DNA of 64,000 nt from Candidatus Omnitrophota bacterium (GTDB lineage Bacteria; Omnitrophota; Gorgyraeia; Zapsychrales; Fredricksoniimonadaceae): positions 17,869 through 81,868 of the forward strand of contig JBGAJA010000005.1 of assembly GCA_044225175.1 (NCBI GenBank). The letters run 5' to 3'. Below the pieces are notes generated by a model. That model was given only the letters and a program-made list of their open reading frames with translations. It was not told the origin of the DNA and did not search any database. Positions 18,601-26,158 of this stretch are shown here, one piece after another. Position numbers and translations under genes: made by a program. Numbering within the stretch: position 1 is the first letter of the stretch; the number at the start of each line of letters is the position of its first letter.

Positions 18601-21100
18601 TATTATTGATTATGGTTTGGCAATGATTGATGAGGATAGAGATTTTGGTTATGAGAATCTAAAATCTTTTGGATTAGATAGATGGGAAGGTAGATCTGAT
18701 TATGGGGGTGGAGGTCCTGATTGGTTTAAGCGGGACGTAAGAACTGTGTTGACAATTTTGGATGCCATGACGCCAAATTCTAAATTTGGAAATTTTTTTA
18801 TAAGCCAGTTTAATATTGAAACAGTGCTTAAGGATTTTGACAATAATCCCTTATCTATATCAGATGTATTGTCGAAAGTTCAGGATATAGAACGTCAATG
18901 GTATGAGCATTCCAATGCGGCCATGACTGCTAAATTGCCCGTTGGAGTCGTGCAGTATTGGAGAGACTTGCCAAAACCTTGGGAATCGACTCTTGAGCGT
19001 TATCCTAGTCATCATCAAACGTTAATGGACAGAATGGATGCAATCACTAAAAGGGTTCGTAAATTTGCACAAGGAAAGGCAATTACTCTGACTGAGATTT
19101 GTTGTGGAACAGGTAAGTTGTTTGCTTCTTTAGTTCAATTGCCCGGTGTCACAAAGGCTGTTGCTATTGATATTAATGCCAAGGCTTTAGATAGTTTGAA
19201 AGATCGATTGCATGGAATTGAATCAAAAACTTCCGATATTAGCGTTTTTGAAGGTGACATCAATGGTCCGCTGGCCAAAGACATTGTGCCAAACTCCGAT
19301 GTCATTGTGATTAACGATGCATTAATGCATATGCCTGATTTAGAAAAGGTGTTGGACTTGGTTGCTGAGCGTTTGTCGGAAGGTGGTTTATTCATGGGAA
19401 GTGGTATTTCGCGTGAAGGCTTATTTAAAGAAACTCCCATTTTGGGACCTCTTTGGTATGTAGGATATCGTTTTATTCTTCCTCAATTCGAAAGGGTTGG
19501 TTTAGGAGCGCTTGCTAACAGGGTCGTGCAGTGGGAATCGCTTCGTATCCGCCTTACAGCTCAAAGTCAAAGAGAGATTAAGGAGATGCTAGGAAAAAGA
19601 TTTGATATTGAAGAGATCACTGTAAAAGGACGTCACTATCAATTTACCGTCAGAAAAAAAGATGGAAAAATAGAAGATAGCGCTCAAATATCTGAGGAAT
19701 CTGTGAAGACCCCGGAAAATATGGTAAAGGTTCCTGTCACCCAAGAGGAGTTGGTTGGTTTTATCGGGGATATTCGAACTAAGATGCAAGCTATTTACGC
19801 GCGTAGTAATGATCCAACGAACAGTTCGTATTGGCATGTTTTTGATGAGATCGTAAATACATATAAAGAAGAAGTTAATGCGTCAGACAATCAATTGAAA
19901 ATGTTTGCTGATTTATATACTGAAACGAGTTTAATAGGGCCGCTCATTCCTCGTCCCAAAGAAGCCAAACATGTGCTTTTAGCTATGGCCATGTTTTTAA
20001 TGCTTGCCAATCATAGGAAGGAAAATGTATATACGAGCGAAGTATTCAATGAATTAAGAAATCTTATTGATGACTATAACAAACAATCCTTTGTAACTTT
20101 TCCTTTCAGTTTGTCCTCGCTATTTGTAATCGCACTAACGCCATACTTCCATGATCCAGACTTATTTGTTGAGTTATGGAATAAATTAGACCAACTTCCA
20201 GATGATATTAGTCCACAAGCAAAATTTTTATCTATGTTTTCGGTCTCTGCTCATTTAGGAGTAGTTCGTGTTGATGGAGACGATGATTTTAAGATAATTT
20301 ATCAAAAGATCGAGGGAATTTTGGCTGACAAATCACATCCCGATCAAATTCCAGACTCTTTAAAGAGAGTTCTATTAAACTCTATTGCTAAAGTTTTGCC
20401 TTCCATTTATCACCCTAATCATAAGGACGTTTATTCAGGCTTTCATCGTATGATTGGATGGTCATCTGGTTTTCGAGAGAAATTTTTAAATTTACTTACA
20501 AAGCATAAAGATTTGATCTGTGATATTTATTATGAATATTTTTCAAATTCTGATACTACGGATGATCCTATTCTGGCAGGGCTCGGCTTTAGTTTTTATT
20601 TAAAAGCAGAAAAAGAGTTATTGAGTAAAGTTTTGCGAGACAAAATACTTCAAATTACTGGATCACAACAATTACCACCGCTTAACGTATTAATTTCTGA
20701 TAGCCGTTTCCATGAAATATTAAAGGAAAGTCCTTTATACTCCAGATTAAAAGCTAATTTTTTTATTAAATATCTGCGACAATTTGTCGAGCTGAAAGAA
20801 GATAGTCCAACAGCTGTCGGTATTGAAGATCAACAATCAGTAAGCCCACAGCCTGGTTCCAGCCCAGCCATGGCGGTACGGACGGAAGCAAAGCAAGGGG
20901 GGGTTGATTTTACGGCAAATAAAACTCCTTTAGAGGTTCAAAATGTAGGAGGCGACATTCAATTTCATATTGATCTTGCCATGATGAAACAATTGCAAGC
21001 TGCTCCGGGGTTTTATCCTGTCATTATGAATATAACCCCGCTAAAAGATTTAAAGGTATTTTTAGACGTAGAGACGACCGGCCGGTCGTCTCTACAATAA
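12650..21100 (+). CDS. Giant secreted multidomain protein, paralog 1 of a 3-member family. Domains: conserved N-module, histidine-phosphatase-like, five tandem ~72-aa repeats, protein-kinase-like, SAM-methyltransferase
   Basis: Single ORF of about 2816 aa counted from the signal peptide MKFPFKKPLILWILFAFVVNTFGPLPASAQE. The ORF track start at 12608 is probably upstream of the real start. The N-terminal 340 aa are paralogous to 26159.. and 42980.. and the C-terminal 60 aa are paralogous to the C-termini of the other two. Motifs: LAERHGETFAN (RHGE...N) and LFGHGTQ; HAGIAFGDLTPDEIF...IIDYGLA; LTEICCGTGK...VIVINDALMH...GGLFMG. Confidence 0.8.
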   Translation: MKFPFKKPLILWILFAFVVNTFGPLPASAQEITLPKPGEMVHLSTAVNPPILKGLKVHPDNPFRFDFILDQGEQPDAISTKLKEDSTRLIKYFLASLTIPEVDLWVNLSPYEKDRIIPNSFGLTEMGRDLLAQDYMLKQITASLIYPEAEVGKRFWKRIYEEAAKRYGNTNIPVNTFNKVWIVPEKAVVYENAKAETAYVVESRLKVMLEEDYLSKAKNDLQSKANSPSLNASNLGSQIIREIVLPELIKEVNEGANFAQLRQVYSSLILATWYKKKIKDSILSQVYSDKNKVSGIDINDPAQKDKIYQQYIQAFKKGVYNYIKEEIDPATQQAIPRKYFSGGAKFGNLAMTTTNQFPQVIPAGLVAIQAEIKSSNPEGKTNAAMIAPLTAGEKFVSELDDKIILDGQGRIRYAAGHPTPIVKPLFTFLAERHGETFANLDERAQGVADENHLNESTPHGLDQGRDSAKGLFQRADIQEMIRKRIPIVVLTSGKKRTTQAAEPFIRRVEEAGGIIEYAPEELMKGASEINFGAVENKKLSHFSPEEIEILNQYRKQLSATAKFKGGESFLELLIKIKKWLEELNRLYAGRTVVLFGHGTQLKAVQTLLGDPLIVDPSGYINRNAYVIPNGKIIELHSPAMAAPAIKSTFDGSALKYSSDSIIQNAPEFERVDMFLDWYKANREKLPAKDGYREFLSASYTANVLMHAGKITIERLEEFQREAGAYEYGQESAVIQNAPEFDDVEKFLKWYDDKHEQLRSKDHPEEFLSRSYTFQVLRRWGKIKQKKFQSILRHIISYEYAQESIVIKHAPKFEDVEAYLKWYRTNREQLPFKDDPKKFLTAGSVVMALMHAGKIDKENFQDFQRHVGAYEYAQESEIILSAPEFNDVGYFLKWFRTNGEKLRSKENPEIFISASYAALCLMYARKIKREKLEHFQRQAGAYEYAQESAIIQSAPEFNEISEFIKWYRANRVLLRSKEHPEESLSGSYTAQVLMHAGKIPSERLTKFQLHVGAYQRAIDEEKIITAEMQRIWKESIHKELSGLPRIKAAFNPQLLLNKRISKGPSKPLGAEYRNLILTYAYEYYGEKEEASINPAMASNLGNVSVAERASYLVYRYLLLALYQLRGSGEYLDRRAIMDHLMKNSDYKREVFNPNSGWVDINFRKTGILGVGLIIKMPDEKKFKLTEAGIAFMERSYRLTGDAFILALKDQQKQYAQGSIDSKSGEDPVELVRYPKDFNILNKVKLKIAIADSVVQKTVDSKLQYVVNLEEVIEKYSEGLSPRYLIQAQQLSKLIEKQLVAFGFTKARDMGLDKSNLYSRDRSYNLDLIANPNIIRTQDEINFEPYRNFLLALHRLNSEEIKDSYSPQEVWKKIQVLSREMELQVVFSSVTAKQLKSAYESMAQRGVLLIERTEKGYRLSSEGLKFMQENGNLIKESLLKALKRHLYDIEQYELRREWLRLPQAGGTLNNAPTGDQVYKPKLLSEVEFRSIEEIFEASSHPEVGQWLTSQDIVAFEGHQIGKDRILKALKSPFRTSLESMGLANTVFYPVKVNQPMLIQKDFEQLISKRKDEGNFNILIYQIGLGEEGFLETRDIFNALKNAFHQAGISQEDQQKWKVTFIGVDVIKTIVDDFIQKFSVKTDFQSNILTIRADALVEDQMRWLGEKFKSDYLFFRNVAYGNYRASRGHLKSYINVVETLAIYLGTKNILKHLSVPETRFVIEPAQEFENTQNYVFHAPGTRIVTLKHYDPTKEFLDLNNVINTGTGIYKVLDPGAMDREGLQYFLDHVTEFEKPVADQAQKAPSLSSYSTLKLNDRSNLSMTLIGSNPGSRADYIKVGNRKDYKYGFTREELLQREAALMQVLSTDQRYNQIRKYLPVFKGLGRLDISDVRNVIPRLPRRSSIPDVPPRFFQEEDFLGSYMVTEDAGDPIYAIANEVREGKLTEDDLLKTMSLLVQSIYDFHHAGIAFGDLTPDEIFIAPSTEKVTIIDYGLAMIDEDRDFGYENLKSFGLDRWEGRSDYGGGGPDWFKRDVRTVLTILDAMTPNSKFGNFFISQFNIETVLKDFDNNPLSISDVLSKVQDIERQWYEHSNAAMTAKLPVGVVQYWRDLPKPWESTLERYPSHHQTLMDRMDAITKRVRKFAQGKAITLTEICCGTGKLFASLVQLPGVTKAVAIDINAKALDSLKDRLHGIESKTSDISVFEGDINGPLAKDIVPNSDVIVINDALMHMPDLEKVLDLVAERLSEGGLFMGSGISREGLFKETPILGPLWYVGYRFILPQFERVGLGALANRVVQWESLRIRLTAQSQREIKEMLGKRFDIEEITVKGRHYQFTVRKKDGKIEDSAQISEESVKTPENMVKVPVTQEELVGFIGDIRTKMQAIYARSNDPTNSSYWHVFDEIVNTYKEEVNASDNQLKMFADLYTETSLIGPLIPRPKEAKHVLLAMAMFLMLANHRKENVYTSEVFNELRNLIDDYNKQSFVTFPFSLSSLFVIALTPYFHDPDLFVELWNKLDQLPDDISPQAKFLSMFSVSAHLGVVRVDGDDDFKIIYQKIEGILADKSHPDQIPDSLKRVLLNSIAKVLPSIYHPNHKDVYSGFHRMIGWSSGFREKFLNLLTKHKDLICDIYYEYFSNSDTTDDPILAGLGFSFYLKAEKELLSKVLRDKILQITGSQQLPPLNVLISDSRFHEILKESPLYSRLKANFFIKYLRQFVELKEDSPTAVGIEDQQSVSPQPGSSPAMAVRTEAKQGGVDFTANKTPLEVQNVGGDIQFHIDLAMMKQLQAAPGFYPVIMNITPLKDLKVFLDVETTGRSSLQ
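14630..15710 (+). repeat. Five in-frame tandem coding repeats of about 213-219 bp (~72 aa) inside giant paralog 1
   Basis: Repeating unit SAPEF(N/D)DVExFLKWY(R/D)xNxExLRSKxxPEEFLSxSYTAxVLMHAGKIxxExLxxFQRxAGAYEYAQES. Unit starts are near 14637, 14848, 15066, 15290 and 15503. Confidence 0.75.
21068..21095. repeat. 28-bp GC-rich perfect palindrome GTAGAGACGACCGGCCGGTCGTCTCTAC, copy 1; it overlaps the last codons and stop of giant paralog 1
   Basis: Perfect inverted repeat. Identical copy at 25092-25119. It encodes ...VETTGRSSLQ* and likely acts as a terminator hairpin. Confidence 0.7.
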
Positions 21101-21144
21101 TTGATAATTGCATTTTATTCATTTTGTGATATCGTTTTAATCCT

Positions 21145-22254
21145 ATGAACCAAAATTTCTACGAAAACCTAGCTCACCAAAGTCTAAGCGGTCAAGAATT
21201 AGATGATGCTACATGTGAGCGAATCCTTAGTGACAATCAAATCGAATTACTTCCTTTAGTGAATGCCGCTTTTACTGTTCGCAAACATTATTGGCAGAAA
21301 CAAGTCATTATTCATATCATTAACAATGCTCAAAATGGGCATTGTCCTGAAGATTGTAAGTATTGTGCTCAAGCTAAAACGTCTAAGGCTGACATTGAAG
21401 AATATGGCCTTAAGTCTGATGAAGAAATGCTTCAGGAAGCACGTCAGGCATATGCTAAGGGGGCTTATCGTTATTGCATGGTGTATGCAGGACGAGGCGC
21501 TTCCGAGAAACGCATTGATCGATTGACTAATCTCATACGTCAGATCAAGTCTGAATTTCCTAACAATGAAATATGTGTATCCACAGGTTTGGTAAATGCT
21601 CCTGGTGCAGTTGAATTAAAGAAAGCTGGCCTTGATCGTTTGAACCATAATCTCAACTCATCCGAAAGTCATTATCCTAATATTTGCACAACACACACCT
21701 ATGCTGATCGATTAAGCACGTTATTAGCTGCACGGGCTGCCGGGATTAAGCTATGTTCTGGAATGATTGCAGGAATGGGGGAGCAAAATAAAGATATTAT
21801 TGAAGTTGCTAAACGATTACGCTCATTAAAATCTGAGTCAATTCCTGTCAATTTTCTAATTCCTATTGAAGGAACTGAAATGGCTCCTTCTGAAGCGCTG
21901 AATCCGGAATTTTGTCTAAGAATTCTATGTTTGTTTAGATTTTTAAATCCAGAAGCTGAACTTAGGGTAGGGGCTGGACGGGAAATGCATTTAAGAGGCT
22001 TAGAGGTTTTATCGTTATATCCTGCAAATTCTTTATTTCTACAGGGTTACTTAAATGCCAAAGGAAATTCAAACGGCAAAACTTTACGCATGATTAAAGA
22101 TGCGGGTTTTGATATAAAATCTGAAGAGAATTTAGCTGAATTGGTGGCTCATGAAAATGATGAAGTTTCAAAGGTTTCCGTGGATCCAGTTCAAGTTATG
22201 ATGAAAGATATTAAAGATTTACGTCCTGCCTTGCGGCAGGCAGGCCCGCTCTAA
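21145..22254 (+). CDS. bioB: Biotin synthase-like radical SAM enzyme
   Basis: 369 aa. GHCPEDCKYCAQA matches the BioB CxxxCxxC radical-SAM motif (GACPEDCKYCPQS). Somewhat longer than typical BioB. Confidence 0.6.
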   Translation: MNQNFYENLAHQSLSGQELDDATCERILSDNQIELLPLVNAAFTVRKHYWQKQVIIHIINNAQNGHCPEDCKYCAQAKTSKADIEEYGLKSDEEMLQEARQAYAKGAYRYCMVYAGRGASEKRIDRLTNLIRQIKSEFPNNEICVSTGLVNAPGAVELKKAGLDRLNHNLNSSESHYPNICTTHTYADRLSTLLAARAAGIKLCSGMIAGMGEQNKDIIEVAKRLRSLKSESIPVNFLIPIEGTEMAPSEALNPEFCLRILCLFRFLNPEAELRVGAGREMHLRGLEVLSLYPANSLFLQGYLNAKGNSNGKTLRMIKDAGFDIKSEENLAELVAHENDEVSKVSVDPVQVMMKDIKDLRPALRQAGPL

Positions 22255-22353
22255 AATCCTAAATTTCCATTGTCAAAACCCCTTGGTAAGTCTATAGTTA
22301 AATTCATCCGCTATTTTAACCATTTATAGTTCTAATTAAAAGAAGGACCGTAT

Positions 22354-24165
22354 ATGTCAGTAGAAAAAAGACCAGTAACAAGATTTGAGTTGTTGATGGA
22401 TGCCGGTTTTGGGGCACAAAAAGCCGGAGATATTCTCCTCAGTGCTTTTGTGGCTATGGGTAAGTATGTTTACGTAGAGCCCATGATTCCCGCTGAAATC
22501 TCGCCGCCAGCCAGAAGTAAAGCTGCTCTTTCTGGTATCATTATTCGTTTAGCTGATTTTGATGTTACTAACATTGGTAACGATACTGATTTAATTATTG
22601 CCTCCCACGAAGTTGTCCTCGATCGTCGTCTCGAAGATCGTGAATTCAATGCCAAATGCGTCATTTTATTAGATATGGGTGACCAAGAATCTAACCCGGA
22701 TTCTTATGAAATGGTCCTTAAAAAATGTACCCAAGAAGGTTTAAGTGTTATTCCTTTTCATACCGATGATGTTTCCAAGGAAGTGATTAAACAATTAGGC
22801 GGTAAAGGTCAAAACCTTTATTACCTTGGTATGCTTGCGTACATCTATGATATGGATGAAGAAATCGTCAAAGAAGAGATCCGTAAGACATTTGGAAAGA
22901 AATTAAAGCCTGAAATCATGGAAAAGAACTTAACTCTTTGCCATCAGGGGTATGAATTAGCTAAACAAAAAGTATTTTTTAGAATTAGTGTTGCCAGTGG
23001 TAAGCGTGAGGGAGAGAAGATCTTAATTGATGGTAACTCGGCTTTGAGTATGGGGGTTATTGATGCTGGATTTAAATTATTCTCTGGTTATCCCATTACA
23101 CCAGCCTCTTCTATTATGCATACATTAGCTAAAGAACTTCCTTCCTATGGTGGTATGGTTCATCAAGCTGAAGATGAAATTGCCGCCATTGGAACAGCGA
23201 TTGGTTCCTATTTCGGTGGAGTTCCTTCATTAACCTGTACTTCTGGTCCGGGACTTTCTTTGAAGCAAGAGTTTATCGGATATGCACAATCTGCAGAGAT
23301 TCCATTAGTTGTGATCGACGTCCAACGTTCAGGTCCTTCAACTGGTATGCCCACTAAAACAGAGCAATCGGATTTGCCATCTGTCATTTTTGGAAGCCAT
23401 GGGGATTACACAAAGATTGTCATTGGTGTCAGTAGTGTTATTGATTGCTTCTATGCTCCTCATATGGCTCGTTATTTGACAGAAAAGTTGCATGTGCCTG
23501 TCTTTATTATGAGCGATTTCCAAACAGCAAATAGTTATAAGGTTATTAATAAATTTAAAGTGATTCAAATGAATAAGGTCGATGAAATTCCAGATTTTAT
23601 TCTAGAACGTTTCCGCATGAAACGTTTGCCTGAAAAGATTGAAATGGTTAGAACTTTGCAGTCTATTCCAGGCGAAGAGGGTGGCATGCGACGGGTGACT
23701 GGATTAAATACGGATAAACAAGGTAAGGTCAGTTATTCGGCAACTTCCAATCAGCTTGCTCATCAAATCCGTAATGAAAAAGTCCATCACGTACAACGTG
23801 CTTTGACAAAACCCGAAATGTTTGGTGAAGAATCTGGTGATGTGTTGATCGTTGGATGGGGAAGTACACGTGGAGCGATTGAAGAAGCAGTATTTTTGTG
23901 TAAAAAAGAAGGGATGAAGGTTTCTGGAATGAATCTCCGTGTTGTTCATCCGCTGCCTTTAGTCTTAAATGAAGTTTTTGCTAATTTTAAAAAAGTTATG
24001 ACCGTTGAAGTGGCTTACGGTGATGAACTAAAACCATCCCCGTTAGCATTATTACTACGCGCTCAAACATTGGTTGATATTAAACCGCTTCTGTCGCAAG
24101 CAACAGGACGACCAGTTCGTCCTAGAATCATTATGAATACGCTCAAGGAGGTACTGTCCAAATGA
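22354..24165 (+). CDS. korA: 2-oxoacid:ferredoxin oxidoreductase alpha subunit (fused KorA type)
   Basis: 603 aa. Pyruvate/ferredoxin oxidoreductase domains with GYPITPAS... followed by a transketolase-like C-domain. Translationally coupled to the beta subunit. Confidence 0.8.
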   Translation: MSVEKRPVTRFELLMDAGFGAQKAGDILLSAFVAMGKYVYVEPMIPAEISPPARSKAALSGIIIRLADFDVTNIGNDTDLIIASHEVVLDRRLEDREFNAKCVILLDMGDQESNPDSYEMVLKKCTQEGLSVIPFHTDDVSKEVIKQLGGKGQNLYYLGMLAYIYDMDEEIVKEEIRKTFGKKLKPEIMEKNLTLCHQGYELAKQKVFFRISVASGKREGEKILIDGNSALSMGVIDAGFKLFSGYPITPASSIMHTLAKELPSYGGMVHQAEDEIAAIGTAIGSYFGGVPSLTCTSGPGLSLKQEFIGYAQSAEIPLVVIDVQRSGPSTGMPTKTEQSDLPSVIFGSHGDYTKIVIGVSSVIDCFYAPHMARYLTEKLHVPVFIMSDFQTANSYKVINKFKVIQMNKVDEIPDFILERFRMKRLPEKIEMVRTLQSIPGEEGGMRRVTGLNTDKQGKVSYSATSNQLAHQIRNEKVHHVQRALTKPEMFGEESGDVLIVGWGSTRGAIEEAVFLCKKEGMKVSGMNLRVVHPLPLVLNEVFANFKKVMTVEVAYGDELKPSPLALLLRAQTLVDIKPLLSQATGRPVRPRIIMNTLKEVLSK

Positions 24166-25082
24166 GTACAGAAACTATAGATCCTCAAGCTAAAGCACCA
24201 ATTACAATTAAGGATTTGCAAACTGAGAATCCACGCTGGTGTGCTGGGTGTGGAGATTTCGGTATTATTATGGGCCTCAAACGTTTCATTGTGGAACGTC
24301 AATTGCTGCCTGCCATGACTATGAATGTGTCAGGGATTGGCTGTTCAGGCCGGGCGCCTAATTATTTTAACACCTATGGTGTGCATTCCATCCATGGTCG
24401 TGCTGTCACTGTGGCACTTGGGTTAGCTCTTGCTCGTCCAGACTTAAACTTATTTGTTCATTCAGGAGACGGAGATTCATTAAGTATTGGTGGAAACCAT
24501 TTGATGCATGGGATCAATAAGAATTTTAAATGTGTCTACATGATGTATGACAATGAGCTTTATGCTTTAACTAAGAATCAAACATCCCCAACGACACGTA
24601 AGGACCATGTGACCAATACGCAGCCTCAGGGAAGTTTCTTGAGTCCTATGAATCCTTTAAGTATTGCAATTGGTCTGGGAGCTTCTTTTGTGGCATCTAC
24701 AGCAGATTGGATCCCAGATCATTTGACGAACACTTTAAAAACAGCGTTTGATCATCCAGGATTTGCTTTTGTGCATATCTCTCAGAGATGTCCACATTTC
24801 GATCCAAGTAATTTTGATCATAAGACGTCTACTTGGTTTTCATTCTTGAAGCATCAAAATGGAATTGAACCTGATCGTCGTTTAGCTGATAAAACAGAAA
24901 TCGTTGATCATGATCCTTCTGATCTTGGTAAGGCTTTCCAATTTGCTGCTGCTGAACGCCGTTATTTTGGTTTGTTCTATCAAGATAAAACTAAACCACG
25001 TTATGATGCTATTTTGCAGAATACAATTAAGAATGCAACGCCTAAGGACAGATCAAAAATCTTAGATAAATTTAACGTTTAA
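24162..25082 (+). CDS. korB: 2-oxoacid:ferredoxin oxidoreductase beta subunit (TPP-binding)
   Basis: 306 aa. WCAGCGDFGI and the GDGD TPP-binding motif. Confidence 0.85.
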   Translation: MSTETIDPQAKAPITIKDLQTENPRWCAGCGDFGIIMGLKRFIVERQLLPAMTMNVSGIGCSGRAPNYFNTYGVHSIHGRAVTVALGLALARPDLNLFVHSGDGDSLSIGGNHLMHGINKNFKCVYMMYDNELYALTKNQTSPTTRKDHVTNTQPQGSFLSPMNPLSIAIGLGASFVASTADWIPDHLTNTLKTAFDHPGFAFVHISQRCPHFDPSNFDHKTSTWFSFLKHQNGIEPDRRLADKTEIVDHDPSDLGKAFQFAAAERRYFGLFYQDKTKPRYDAILQNTIKNATPKDRSKILDKFNV

Positions 25083-25091
25083 TTTTTTAAT

Positions 25092-25119
25092 GTAGAGACG
25101 ACCGGCCGGTCGTCTCTAC
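25092..25119. repeat. 28-bp GC-rich perfect palindrome GTAGAGACGACCGGCCGGTCGTCTCTAC, copy 2; terminator-like, after korB
   Basis: Identical to 21068-21095. Preceded by an A/T-rich stretch. Confidence 0.7.
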
Positions 25120-25130
25120 AAATTTCCCCT

Positions 25131-26060
25131 ATGGAAAATGTCATTATTATTGGTTCCGGCCCAGCCGGCCACACAGCTGCGATTTATGCTGCTCGTGCCA
25201 ATCTAAAACCTTTGATGTTTGAAGGGCAGTTTGCCGGAGGAGTTGCAGCTGGTGGTCAATTAACCACAACGACCGAGGTTGAGAATTTCCCTGGATACTC
25301 GACGATCTCTGGACCTGAATTAATGGAAAAAATGCGTCAGCAGTCTATTCACTGTGGGACGCGCATTGTGACTGAGACGGTTGATAGGGTTGATTTATCC
25401 AAGAAACCATTTAAAGTTATTGCAGCTGGCATCACATATGAAGGTAAATCTTTGATTATTACAACCGGAGCAACAGCCAAGCGAATGGAACTTCCCGGTG
25501 AAGATCGTTTATGGCAAAAGGGAATATCTGCTTGTGCTGTCTGCGATGGCGCTTTGCCTTTTTTTCGTAATAAAGTTTTAGCTGTTGTTGGTGGAGGCGA
25601 CTCTGCTGTTGAAGAAGCAGGTTATTTGACGAAATATGCGTCTAAGGTTGTCATGTTGGTTCGCCGCGATGTGCTTCGTGCTTCTCAAGTCATGCAGCAT
25701 CGTGCCAAGCATAATCCTAAAATTGAAATTATGTATCACACAATTCCTATAGAAGTCTTAGGAGAGAAATCTGTGACAGGCTTAATGATCAAAAATGTTT
25801 CTACTCAAGTTGAATCCACGATAGATGTTGGTGGTCTATTTTATGCAATAGGTCATACTCCTAACACGGCCTTTTTAAATGGCCAGATAGAATTAGACGA
25901 TTCTGGTTATATCAAAACGAAACCAGGAACTACACAAACAAGTGTGGATGGTGTTTTTGCCGCAGGTGATGTTCAAGATAAAATTTATCGCCAGGCCATT
26001 ACTTCTGCTGGAACTGGCTGTATGGCTGCCTTAGATGCGGAACGCTTTTTGAGCCATTAA
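25131..26060 (+). CDS. trxB: Thioredoxin-disulfide reductase
   Basis: 309 aa. IIGSGPAGHTAAIYAAR FAD motif, CAVCDG redox-active disulfide, GGGDSA NADPH motif. Confidence 0.9.
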   Translation: MENVIIIGSGPAGHTAAIYAARANLKPLMFEGQFAGGVAAGGQLTTTTEVENFPGYSTISGPELMEKMRQQSIHCGTRIVTETVDRVDLSKKPFKVIAAGITYEGKSLIITTGATAKRMELPGEDRLWQKGISACAVCDGALPFFRNKVLAVVGGGDSAVEEAGYLTKYASKVVMLVRRDVLRASQVMQHRAKHNPKIEIMYHTIPIEVLGEKSVTGLMIKNVSTQVESTIDVGGLFYAIGHTPNTAFLNGQIELDDSGYIKTKPGTTQTSVDGVFAAGDVQDKIYRQAITSAGTGCMAALDAERFLSH

Positions 26061-26158
26061 TTCTAATTTTTCCAAATAAAACGTTTTCTCAAATCCCCTT
26101 TTTAGGGCTTGTAAGTGACTTTATATATGGCATATTTATATAAAGGTAAGATACACCT

